Assembly: GCA_964371825.1 (NCBI GenBank)
Contig: CAYJOQ010000001.1
Location: 1-46,588, forward strand
Source: an uncultured Desulfovibrionaceae bacterium
GTDB taxonomy: Bacteria > Desulfobacterota > Desulfovibrionia > Desulfovibrionales > Desulfovibrionaceae
Direction of reading: 5' to 3'
DNA length: 46,588 bases
In this document: positions 36,618 through 45,134 of the stretch, one piece after another
Layout of the letters: each line of letters begins with the position of its first letter
How positions within the stretch are numbered: position 1 is the stretch's first letter
Made by a program: the position numbers and the translations under genes
The notes under the pieces: generated by a model
The model's database searches: none
Told to the model about the DNA's origin: nothing
Seen by the model: only the letters and a program-made list of their open reading frames with translations

Positions 36618-38132
36618 ATGGTCTTTAGTTCTTCAATTTTTCTTTTTGCATTTCTCCCCTTGATAATTTTTTTGGTCTTTATCGGGCCACGCTGTGGTGA
36701 AAAGGGTGTGTTATGGCGTAATACATGCCTCACCATTGGCAGTTTTATTTTTTATGCTTGGGGTGAACCTTTGTGGGTTATTCCACTCTTTGTACTTGCT
36801 TGGTTTAACTATGCTTTAGGCAAGCGCATTGAAGTTGCAAAAAAAGAAGCACTGCGCTTAGAAGAGCAAGGTTTGTGCTTTGCACAAATACAAACTAAGG
36901 CCAAACATTTGGTATATTTTGGTATTCTTTGTAATCTTGGCTTACTCTTTGTGGTAAAGTACGGCATATGGTTATTAAATTCTGTATTCTTAATTCAATT
37001 ATATCCATCTATTGGAATTAATCCTTCACCAGTAGTTTTTGAAACCTTCCCTCTGCCCTTGGGTGTAAGCTTTTTCACCTTTCAAGCTGCAAGTTATCTT
37101 ATTGATGTATACAGAGGTGATATTGAAGCTGCCAAGCGCTATATCAACTTTTCTTGCTATTTAACTATGTTTTCGCAGCTAGTGGCAGGCCCCATTGTGC
37201 GTTATGCCGATATTGCCGATGAAATTACATCGCGCCGAGACAATATGGGCATGTTTTATAGTGGAATGAAGCGTTTTGTGGTTGGTCTTGCAAAAAAGAT
37301 TCTCATAGCCAATCAAGTTGCTTTACTTGCTGATTGGGCATTTTCTTTACCTGATGTGGGTTTAAGCACAGAGTATGCTTGGGTAGGAATTTTAGCCTAT
37401 GCCATGCAAATTTATTTTGACTTTTCTGCATACTCAGACATGGCTATAGGCATTGGTCTTATTTTTGGTTTTAATTACCTTGAAAACTTTCGCCACCCAT
37501 ATAGGGCAAGATCCATGCAGGATTTTTGGCGTAGGTGGCATATTTCTTTATCTTCGTGGCTTAGGGATTATTTATACATACCTCTTGGCGGTAGCAGAGG
37601 CTCAAACTTCCAAACATACAGAAATTTATTTATAATTTTCTTCATTTGCGGACTGTGGCATGGCGCAGCCATTACCTTTATTATTTGGGGACTTTGGCAT
37701 GGCTTTTTCCTCGCACTTGAAAGAGGCTTCTTGCATAATCTGTTACAGAAATCACCTGTGATTTTGCAGCATGCGTATGTTTGGGGTGTATTTTTGCTAG
37801 GTTGGGTTTTCTTTCGCTGCGAAAGCCTTGGGCATGTTATAGCATATGTTAAAGCCTTGATGGGTATAGGACCTGCCGGTCTTGGCTCCATAGTTGGTTT
37901 TATACAATCTCAGCCGTATTATTCTGCCTTGCTTGCAGCTGCAATTATCATAAGCTTTGGCGGTATAACCAATGCCTTTACACAATATTACGACAAGATT
38001 CAAACGCAATCATCCACAACAAAGGTTGCTGTTGAAGGAAGCCTTATTGCTGTTGGTGCCGTAGTATGTTTCTTCTGCGGTATTTTTATCTTGAGTGATA
38101 GTTATAATCCATTTATTTACTTTAGGTTTTAA
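36618..38132 (+). CDS. MBOAT-family polysaccharide O-acyltransferase (AlgI/DltB-like)
   Basis: 504-aa multi-TM ORF. N-terminal 'MVFSSSIFLFAFLPL' and the catalytic-His region 'FWRRWHISLSSWLRDYLYIPLGGSRG'. Confidence 0.88.
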   Translation: MVFSSSIFLFAFLPLIIFLVFIGPRCGEKGVLWRNTCLTIGSFIFYAWGEPLWVIPLFVLAWFNYALGKRIEVAKKEALRLEEQGLCFAQIQTKAKHLVYFGILCNLGLLFVVKYGIWLLNSVFLIQLYPSIGINPSPVVFETFPLPLGVSFFTFQAASYLIDVYRGDIEAAKRYINFSCYLTMFSQLVAGPIVRYADIADEITSRRDNMGMFYSGMKRFVVGLAKKILIANQVALLADWAFSLPDVGLSTEYAWVGILAYAMQIYFDFSAYSDMAIGIGLIFGFNYLENFRHPYRARSMQDFWRRWHISLSSWLRDYLYIPLGGSRGSNFQTYRNLFIIFFICGLWHGAAITFIIWGLWHGFFLALERGFLHNLLQKSPVILQHAYVWGVFLLGWVFFRCESLGHVIAYVKALMGIGPAGLGSIVGFIQSQPYYSALLAAAIIISFGGITNAFTQYYDKIQTQSSTTKVAVEGSLIAVGAVVCFFCGIFILSDSYNPFIYFRF

Positions 38133-38134
38133 GC

Positions 38135-39223
38135 ATGAAAATATTACAAAAAGTAACTATAGCTTTTTTTGGGCTTTGGCTTTTATCCGGTTTTGCTGGG
38201 GTTCTTATTGGTGTTGATGAAGGCAAATTTTCTGCCTCTGAAATGCGCAAGCCCACAACCTTTAAAAATCTTAGCAAGTATGATAATGCCCAACAATTTC
38301 TTAAGGATGTTGAAAACTTCTTTAATGATAGAGTATACTTTCGCGGAGCATATATTGCGCTTTATCAAGCTCTTGGTCTTGAAAGTTTAAGTGCTGCGTT
38401 TAAAGTTAATAATAGTAGTGTTAAGGGTAGTGATGATTGGTTATTTTTGGGGAATTCTTATTCACAGGTACTTGATTATACAAAGAATGAAGGAAAGCTC
38501 GACACTGCTGCTGTAGCGCATAGAGTAAAACAATTTAAGCATTTACAAGATTTAGCAGCAAAGTATTCAATTCCGTTTACTGTGCTTATTGGACCTAATA
38601 AACACACTATTTATAGTGAATTTTTGCCTGAATGGTTTAAACCTAAATCTGAATATCGTTTTGCTGATGCTGTGCTTGATTTGGCACAAAAAGAGCACGT
38701 TCATGTTATTTACCCTAAAAAAGAAATTTTAGCTGAAAAAGCACGTGCTACGAGTCAAGGTACGCGCATTTATTATAAGGATGATACACATTGGAATCAT
38801 GCGGGCGCCTTTGTTGCATTTAAAGAGCTGTGGGGAGAGTTACAAAAACAAGGAACCTTGTTTGATTTACCTAAAGCCATACGCCTTGAAGATTCTAAAA
38901 AGCCATTTAATGGTGATCTTATCAGTATTGGAAAATATGATGATAGCTATAAGGATGAGCTTGATTATAAATATGTATTAGATAGTGCGACGGATCCTAA
39001 TAATCTCAAAAAAGGACACCTTTTACTCCTTGCTGACTCCTATTCTGAAGCTTTAATGCCTTTATATGATATGGCTTTTGCTAAAATTACTCGTCTTCAC
39101 TGGACAACAATTACCATGCCTAAATATAAAGAGCTGGTAGAAACGTTACGTCCTGATGTTATTATTTTTGAAACTGTAGAAAGAGATTTAAGTCACGCAG
39201 GCATGTTACTTGGTGAATTTTAA
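38135..39223 (+). CDS. AlgJ/AlgX-like SGNH-type O-acetyltransferase partner
   Basis: 362-aa ORF with an N-terminal signal anchor and the 'YYKDDTHWNHAGAF' (DxHW) motif typical of AlgJ/AlgX. Starts 2 nt after the MBOAT stop. Confidence 0.75.
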   Translation: MKILQKVTIAFFGLWLLSGFAGVLIGVDEGKFSASEMRKPTTFKNLSKYDNAQQFLKDVENFFNDRVYFRGAYIALYQALGLESLSAAFKVNNSSVKGSDDWLFLGNSYSQVLDYTKNEGKLDTAAVAHRVKQFKHLQDLAAKYSIPFTVLIGPNKHTIYSEFLPEWFKPKSEYRFADAVLDLAQKEHVHVIYPKKEILAEKARATSQGTRIYYKDDTHWNHAGAFVAFKELWGELQKQGTLFDLPKAIRLEDSKKPFNGDLISIGKYDDSYKDELDYKYVLDSATDPNNLKKGHLLLLADSYSEALMPLYDMAFAKITRLHWTTITMPKYKELVETLRPDVIIFETVERDLSHAGMLLGEF

Positions 39224-39236
39224 TCTTTTTTGAGTG

Positions 39237-39270
39237 TCTTGCACAATGAATTATGCAGGAGTCTTTTTTT
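39237..39270 (+). terminator. Terminator hairpin plus T7 after the O-acetylation pair (also a repeat module)
   Basis: Imperfect 11-bp stem tcttgcacaat/attatgcagga followed by ttttttt. An inverted copy lies at 10820-10846. Confidence 0.5.
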
Positions 39271-39275
39271 ACGTA

Positions 39276-39507
39276 GTCGACGCTGAACAACACATTTTAA
39301 TGTGCTGTTCAGAAAGGCACGCCCACTCCAAATGCCGCTTTGCGGCCGCCAGAAGCAAGTTCTGGCTTATTTTGCGTGGCGCAAAATTTTTCTTACAGAA
39401 AAATTTCGTTAGTCAGCACATGAAGAACAGGTGTAATAGTGTCGATAAATTGCCCCTTACATATGAAGTATACAATTACAAATAGTTGTTTGGTTTTTCA
39501 GTGCTGA
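39276..39507 (-). repeat. Family-B near-full copy B2 (inverted relative to B1)
   Basis: Aligns to the reverse complement of 20829-21059. Carries hairpin 39283-39296/39299-39312. Confidence 0.85.
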
Positions 39508-39577
39508 CTACTTATAATTAAACGTATTATAAAAAAGTCGGGCATGTACAAATGAGTATATGTCCGGCTTTGTATAT

Positions 39578-39690
39578 CGTCGATGCTGAAAAACGCATTT
39601 CCATGCGTGTTTCAAAAAGGCACATACCTCTAAATGCTCCTTTAGGGCCGCTAGAAGCGCATTCTGACGTATTTAACGCCACGCAATTCT
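39578..39690 (-). repeat. Family-B right-half copy B3, in tandem with B2
   Basis: 'tcgatgctgaaaaacgcatttccatgcgtgtttcaaaaaggcaca...gccgctagaagcgcattctg' parallels 39278-39370. Hairpin 39588-39598/39603-39613. Confidence 0.75.
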
Positions 39691-39711
39691 CATGTATCCC
39701 CCAAAAAAAGT

Positions 39712-40857
39712 TCACTCCAATATTTCATAACGTTTAACGCAAGATTGACATTGCGGATGTGCAGGTTTTTTCTGTGCATGCTGCTGCCTAAAGGTCACAA
39801 AGGCATCTTTTTGCCAAATATCCATAACATATTCATTATTAACATTTCCATATATAGCTTGAGTATTACAGTCAACAGTAAAGTATTGCTTTATGTTTTG
39901 GTCATAAGAAAGATCTTTTGTGATGCTGTGTTCTTTAAGGGGAATATTTAGGTATACACAAGGAGAGATGTCGCCTTTGGCGTTGATATAAAGATTTTTT
40001 TGGATATTTTCTCTGCATTGTGTACTTGCGGTATTGCTAGGTAAGGCATAGTGCAGTTGCACACCGTATTCTAGAGCCAGCGTTTTTGCTTTAGTTAGTA
40101 TTTCTTTAGCTTTTTGTAATTTTTCTACATCATTAGGCGTAATGGCTAGATGTGCAAGGGTACTATGTGGCACGTAATCAAGAGTGCTTATGATGGCTGT
40201 TGTTATTCCTAACTGATGCATGATTTTAGGCAGCGTAAGAACGGCCTCCATACGATCAGCTAAAAGTATGTATGCTATATGAATTTCTAAATGCACAGCC
40301 ATATGCTTTTTACGTAAAGACTGTAAATTCAATATGTTTTCATAGACTTTATCAAAATTTGCTCCTTTGCGTATGGCATTGGTGGTTGTGTCTGTTCCGG
40401 CGAGAGAAAAGGCAATAATGTCTATGCCGCTATTAAGAATAGTATGATACATATTTTCTGTAAGATGCAGACCGCATGAGGTTGTGGAAACAAGACAATC
40501 GGCTTTACGGGCAAAGTGTACATAGTCAAAAAAATGTGGGTGTAAAAAGGGTTCTCCCCAGCCTTGAAGATGTACCCTGGTACTTTGCTTAAAAAGGGGC
40601 CAAAGATTTGCAAGGGTTTGAGGTAGCATATGTGTTCCTTGCCAGTGCTTAGCCATGGTGGTATGCGGACAATAGGCACATTGCGCAGTACAATGGGAGG
40701 TTACTTCCACTTGTAAACAGTCAAAGGCGCGAGGTTTGGGGCGTATGAGATCTTTAATAAGTTCAAAAACTGATGGGCTTGCAAACATGGGGTGGTGTAA
40801 AATATTATCGTCATCTGTTGCAAGAAGAGCTTTGGATAATGGGTATTGATTGTGCAT
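39712..40857 (-). CDS. Radical SAM enzyme with truncated SPASM/twitch C-terminal domain
   Basis: ORF 39712-40953. The Met at 40857 gives a TAATG overlap with the upstream gene. 'HCTAQCAYCPH' (CX3CX2C), 'GWGEPFL', and C-terminal 'C-x13-GDISPC' plus 'CQSC'. Confidence 0.82.
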   Translation of the reverse strand: MHNQYPLSKALLATDDDNILHHPMFASPSVFELIKDLIRPKPRAFDCLQVEVTSHCTAQCAYCPHTTMAKHWQGTHMLPQTLANLWPLFKQSTRVHLQGWGEPFLHPHFFDYVHFARKADCLVSTTSCGLHLTENMYHTILNSGIDIIAFSLAGTDTTTNAIRKGANFDKVYENILNLQSLRKKHMAVHLEIHIAYILLADRMEAVLTLPKIMHQLGITTAIISTLDYVPHSTLAHLAITPNDVEKLQKAKEILTKAKTLALEYGVQLHYALPSNTASTQCRENIQKNLYINAKGDISPCVYLNIPLKEHSITKDLSYDQNIKQYFTVDCNTQAIYGNVNNEYVMDIWQKDAFVTFRQQHAQKKPAHPQCQSCVKRYEILE

Positions 40858-41759
40858 TATGTAGTGCTCCGAGAAAATAGGCGCGTAAGCCAAGTAATGG
40901 CATTGTTTTGTGTTTGTGGGCTTGTACGATGAGAGAGCGGTGTTTTTTGCCAATGTGTTTCCACAAAGGGGAGTAGGGGCTCAGCGCCCCATTTTTCTTT
41001 AAAAAATCGTATGCCCTTATTAATACCAAGGCCAAGATTACACATGGTATAGCCTTTGGCATGAGCACATTGTAAAAGGCTTGTGAGGAGAGCTTCACTG
41101 CTGCCAGCTGGTGCGTTTTGAATGCGCATACTAAACATATAAAAGGCTGTGTGTAAGGAAGTAAAGTCAGCCATAGAAAATGCCACAAGGGCATTGGTAT
41201 TTTTTTCAAAAGCAGAAAATATGCGCATATTTGGTACTTTTTTGCAATAGAGCCCAAGGTTTTGAAAAATTATTCCCATTTCTTTACGTATATTTTCACG
41301 ACGTATGTAGCTGAGCATAAGCTCTTGATGGGCGCCAGTCCATGCTTTTGCCCCATATTCTTGAGTAATATATATATTTTGTAGAGCTTTGCTAGTCATG
41401 TGACGTATATTTTGATTCTTTTGTATATTAAAGGGAAGCCTTATGAAATAATAAGCATCATTATGGCTTATGGCATTTTCAGGGGCTATTGGCGGTCTTG
41501 ATGGCGCTAACACAGTAATGTGTGTAATTGTATCTAAGTCCATAATGTGTTTAATACATGTTTCAAGGCCTGTATTTTGTTGCATATCGTTGAGATTATA
41601 GCCTATAATTATAGCGTGGTCATGCTGCGTGTGTATGATAAATTCTCCAAAAAGATGTGATTGCACAGAGCTTACGGCCTGTACATAGGGGAGAAGTTGG
41701 TCAGGGGTATAGGCTTTATAACTGGCCATATCAATGCTAAGTGAAGTATTGCTAAACAT
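40857..41759 (-). CDS. FemAB / MprF-C (DUF2156)-like dupli-GNAT protein, stand-alone
   Basis: 300-aa ORF. Paralogous to the N-terminal half of the upstream 624-aa protein; shares 'NLGLGINKGIRFFKEKWGAEPLLPF' against 'HLGLGVNEGITRFKRKWGAQASLPF'. The G-x-x-x-FK-x-K-(F/W)-G motif resembles FemX-type transferases. Fold assignment is from memory. Confidence 0.55.
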   Translation of the reverse strand: MFSNTSLSIDMASYKAYTPDQLLPYVQAVSSVQSHLFGEFIIHTQHDHAIIIGYNLNDMQQNTGLETCIKHIMDLDTITHITVLAPSRPPIAPENAISHNDAYYFIRLPFNIQKNQNIRHMTSKALQNIYITQEYGAKAWTGAHQELMLSYIRRENIRKEMGIIFQNLGLYCKKVPNMRIFSAFEKNTNALVAFSMADFTSLHTAFYMFSMRIQNAPAGSSEALLTSLLQCAHAKGYTMCNLGLGINKGIRFFKEKWGAEPLLPFVETHWQKTPLSHRTSPQTQNNAITWLTRLFSRSTT

Positions 41760-41761
41760 AG

Positions 41762-43636
41762 TTATTTTTGTAGTAATGCTTTGAGTTTGTGACTGAGGGT
41801 TGGCGTAACCTTTGTTAGGGTAAAACCATCTTCCACAAGCATATGTTGTAAATTGAGCATATGGGCTGTACCAACAAAAACACAGGCGCGACCTTGCTCT
41901 AAAAAGGGGCGCATGCGACGACGAAAACGTTCATCCCTTACATTAATGATAGTGTGTGTACGTGTTGGAAATTCAGCACTTGTGCCCATGAGTTTTTCTA
42001 AATTCCCTTGCAAGTACGCTTGAACATTTTTGCGTATCATGCGTGGCCAAGCGTTACAATTTTGAAAGTAACGTATAACTCTTTGTGGCGGCACTGCATT
42101 AAGGGAGGCTAATTGTTCCTCAAGACTTTCCATGGCGACCACATGCTTTCCCATATCATGGGCCAGATGCCAAGCTTCAAGGTCAACTGATTGTTGCCAT
42201 CCCTTACGCTCTAAAAAGCCTGTCCAGAGAGTAAATAGGGCAGTCCAAGGGCGAGTATGGGTAAGATACCAACGCACATCTACAAGGCGTTTAGCTTCCA
42301 TATTTAATGCCCTTGCTAACAAACCTTCTGGGCCACGTACCATACGTTCTAGATTACGAATTTCTTGTTCTGTTATGTAGGGAAGTAATGGTTGTTGCTC
42401 TGGGGTAAGACGCTTGCCTTCTGCCTCCACTTCTTGCAAACTTAAAGAATCTAAAGGGCCTTCAAAAAGTACTGTGTCTACAGAGTCAAAAAGCTTCCTA
42501 AACGCATTTTCAAAAGAATAACAAAAAAAATGTGCCGAGCCGCCAATCCAAGATACTTTATGGTTTTTTTGCACTTTCCAAAGCATGGCATAGGGACGTT
42601 GTTCGGGCAATGAAGCAAGGATTTGCCTTTTGGATTTACCCATTATTTGTAAAAGTGCAGCATTTTCTTGTTTTTGTGTTGCAGCAATGCCTGTACTTTG
42701 GGATTGTAAGAGTTCTTTAAAAAGCGTCTGAATATCACTGTGTAATGACGTATCCTTGGGTTTTTCTTCCCAAGAAGCAAGCTTGAATGGTAGGCTAGCT
42801 TGAGCTCCCCATTTGCGCTTAAAACGAGTAATGCCTTCATTGACACCAAGGCCAAGATGAATAAAGGATTTGTGTTCTTCACGAGCCCTTTGAAGCATAA
42901 ATGCAAAGAGGGCATCACTTGCATGGGGGGTATAGTGTTTGCGTGAGTGCGCACCCAGTAGATAGGAACAAAAATTTTGGGGAGCAAAATCCATGAGTAG
43001 GGCTGCAGCAAGGTTTCCTTCAGCATCATAGGCATTTAACATACGAATATCTGTGTTAGGATGTGCAAGGGCTGTGGGAGTTGCGACAAAGAGGCGCTGC
43101 ACCATAGAAGACATGGGAGCTGGCGAAATCACCTGCGTTAGAGGAAGAGAGGCAGAAGATATATGCTCTATATTTGCTGATAATGGCAAAGACGATGTTC
43201 TTTGCTGTAAAAATTCTGTCCAAAGGGCATGATGTTTTGGGGTAAAGATCTTATCTTCTTCTATGTGAAGAATGTTTTGTGCTTTTTCTACGGCCCTTTG
43301 TACTTTTTTGGGTATGGATGCATTGGCAGAAAGAGTATAATAAACATCTTGTTCTTGTATAAAGGGTACAAGTTCTTCTGGTAACTCAGGCGCAATGGCA
43401 AAGCATGTTGTTGCTCCTGTTTTTTCTAGGGCCATGTTCTTAGCGTGTAAAAAATCATCATGGGTATACTTTGCGTTTGGGCCTAAGGGATAGCCAATAA
43501 TTGTGAGCCAATCATCCTTAGCAAAACATAGATAGTTATGCACAATGCATGGGGTACCACCAGAAACGGCATGCATAAAGTCTACAGAATGTTCAGGTAT
43601 TGTAGCTATGTTCTTAAGAGCATGTATATCAACCAT
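41762..43636 (-). CDS. Fusion protein: FemAB/MprF-C-like dupli-GNAT module plus TraB/GumN (Tiki-like) module
   Basis: 624-aa ORF with GGAGA SD. N-terminal ~300 aa as above. The C-terminal ~280 aa carry TraB/GumN-type 'WIGGSAHFF' and 'VFVGTAHMLN' motifs. Confidence 0.6.
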   Translation of the reverse strand: MVDIHALKNIATIPEHSVDFMHAVSGGTPCIVHNYLCFAKDDWLTIIGYPLGPNAKYTHDDFLHAKNMALEKTGATTCFAIAPELPEELVPFIQEQDVYYTLSANASIPKKVQRAVEKAQNILHIEEDKIFTPKHHALWTEFLQQRTSSLPLSANIEHISSASLPLTQVISPAPMSSMVQRLFVATPTALAHPNTDIRMLNAYDAEGNLAAALLMDFAPQNFCSYLLGAHSRKHYTPHASDALFAFMLQRAREEHKSFIHLGLGVNEGITRFKRKWGAQASLPFKLASWEEKPKDTSLHSDIQTLFKELLQSQSTGIAATQKQENAALLQIMGKSKRQILASLPEQRPYAMLWKVQKNHKVSWIGGSAHFFCYSFENAFRKLFDSVDTVLFEGPLDSLSLQEVEAEGKRLTPEQQPLLPYITEQEIRNLERMVRGPEGLLARALNMEAKRLVDVRWYLTHTRPWTALFTLWTGFLERKGWQQSVDLEAWHLAHDMGKHVVAMESLEEQLASLNAVPPQRVIRYFQNCNAWPRMIRKNVQAYLQGNLEKLMGTSAEFPTRTHTIINVRDERFRRRMRPFLEQGRACVFVGTAHMLNLQHMLVEDGFTLTKVTPTLSHKLKALLQK

Positions 43637-43658
43637 ATATTCTCCAGCGGTATAACAA

Positions 43659-43694
43659 GGCTGTTGAAAAACTGTAATCTACATCGTCAAATTC
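43659..43694 (+). repeat. Family-C repeat unit, copy C2
   Basis: ggctgttgaaaaactgtaatctacatcgtcaaattc against 14876-14911. Lies 23 nt upstream of the 624-aa gene start. Confidence 0.8.
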
Positions 43695-44175
43695 ATTTTT
43701 TGCTCAAGTCGAGTGCCAAAAGAGTACATGCCCTTCGCAAAACACTTCATCTTTCTCATTTCTTACACTTCATGCTTTATTTCTGCAATTTTGCCAATGC
43801 AGTGTGACTATTTCGTTTTTTATTATGATTGGTTACTATATTTTTACTGCCGACTATGTAACCGACGCTGAGCAACATGTTTTTATGTTTTTTAAATATT
43901 TTTTTATTTCAAATGTTTATCATATTTTTTAATGTTAATTATAAACATATACTAAAAAAATATATAAAGAGCTAGTACATCAGACAGCTAAAAAACGCAC
44001 TACAAGAGCTGTTATGAGCAAAATTTATTAAAAATGTACATCGAATGCTTGTTTTACGATAGTTTTTGACTTTCATAACAATATCTTTATTTTGAAATTA
44101 TATACTACTATGCTATTTTTGCATATCTTAACTGCGTACACAATGCTTTTTACGCATATATAAAAAGGAAAAAAA

Positions 44176-44727
44176 ATGTCAAATCATGTATTTATCGCTA
44201 CTAGCTTGGATGGATATATTGCTGATGCTGCAGGCAGCGTTGATTGGCTCAATGCTTTATCAGCACAACATATGAATGATAACCTTGATAATGGAGAAGA
44301 TGTTTTTGGTAATTTTATGCACAATATAGATGCCATACTTATGGGACGTAATACCTTTGAAGTGGTGAAAACCTTTGAACAGTGGGTGTATACCAAACCT
44401 GTTATTGTTATGAGCTCACGTTTACAATCGTTAGAGCCTACTTACGCAGGAAAGGCTAGTATCAGCGCAGAAGATATAGAAATATTATTGCCAAAACTTC
44501 ATGCTCAGGGCCTGCATAGATTATATATTGATGGCGGTAAGTTAATTCAAAGTTTTTTGCAAAAAAATCTCATCGATAGTATGACCATCACACGAATCCC
44601 CGTGCTCCTTGGAGCGGGCATCCCTCTTTTTGGAATGATGCCACAAATGATGTTTTTCAAACATGTGCAAAATAAGGTGCTGAGCGGTGGTTTTGTTATG
44701 GATACATATGTGCCTAGTACAATCTAA
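44176..44727 (+). CDS. Dihydrofolate reductase-family protein (RibD C-terminal domain type)
   Basis: 183-aa ORF with 'VFIATSLDGYIADAAGSVDWL', 'ILMGRNTFE' and 'YIDGGKLIQSFL'. AAGGA SD upstream. Confidence 0.8.
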   Translation: MSNHVFIATSLDGYIADAAGSVDWLNALSAQHMNDNLDNGEDVFGNFMHNIDAILMGRNTFEVVKTFEQWVYTKPVIVMSSRLQSLEPTYAGKASISAEDIEILLPKLHAQGLHRLYIDGGKLIQSFLQKNLIDSMTITRIPVLLGAGIPLFGMMPQMMFFKHVQNKVLSGGFVMDTYVPSTI

Positions 44728-44744
44728 AAAAAGCATTTTCACAC

Positions 44745-44780
44745 GAGTCTGACGACCTAGAGTAGAGTTTTTTAACAGCC
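44745..44780 (-). repeat. Family-C repeat unit, copy C3 (inverted)
   Basis: The reverse complement ggctgttaaaaaactctactctaggtcgtcagactc is about 80% identical to C1. Lies 18 nt after the reductase stop. Confidence 0.7.
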
Positions 44781-45134
44781 TGATAAAGCTACATTCATTG
44801 TACATACTTTACTTAAAATATCATACCTTTGTTTTTACTCTCATTATACGAACTTTTTGTGCTTTTTTCGCCATTATTACCTTAATAAAGCCATAAATAA
44901 GAGGGAATACACATACATGAAATGCATTTGAAACACTTGATAATATTTGAAAAATATGCAACAAAAAAATATCTTTACGATGAGAGTGCAGAAAATTATG
45001 CTCATTGCTCCTCAAGATATACACAGCTTTTAATGTAGCCTATACTGTATTTTGTACGATTTTACCGCGTATACGTGTTTTTTGTGTTGAAAAATAGTAT
45101 TTTGTCATAACATATTATGTAAAGGTTATGTACA

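Noticed and set aside
26347-39507. Calling the repeat-bracketed polysaccharide locus a mobile genomic island
   Set aside because: No integrase, transposase, tRNA target or clear direct target duplications are visible. The bracketing by family-B copies is noted in the findings, but mobility is not supported.
39276-39690. Tandem repeat copies B2/B3, and the dispersed A/B/C repeats in general, considered as a possible CRISPR array
   Set aside because: The units are 110-230 bp, imperfect, irregularly spaced and scattered over 46 kb in both orientations. There are no short regular repeat-spacer units and no cas genes.
40811-41257. 148-aa alternative-frame ORF, plus 40422-40679 and 42643-43035, inside the FemAB-like/rSAM operon
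   Set aside because: They are on the same strand but out of frame with longer ORFs that carry recognisable motifs and are translationally coupled.
43538-43807. 89-aa plus-strand ORF spanning the start of the 624-aa gene and repeat C2. Short minus-strand ORFs of 16-26 aa at 43660-43770 were considered as precursor peptides.
   Set aside because: The plus ORF overlaps the SD and start of a supported gene and runs through a repeat. The short ORFs lack an SD, lie in repeat sequence and have no Cys/Gly-rich core.
44821-45024. 67-aa minus-strand ORF and a 25-aa plus-strand ORF (44957-45034) upstream of the anSME-like gene as possible substrates
   Set aside because: No SD is present and there is no C/S-x-P/A-x-R or Cys-rich motif. 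The region is AT-rich promoter-like sequence, and I found nothing to separate these from random ORFs.
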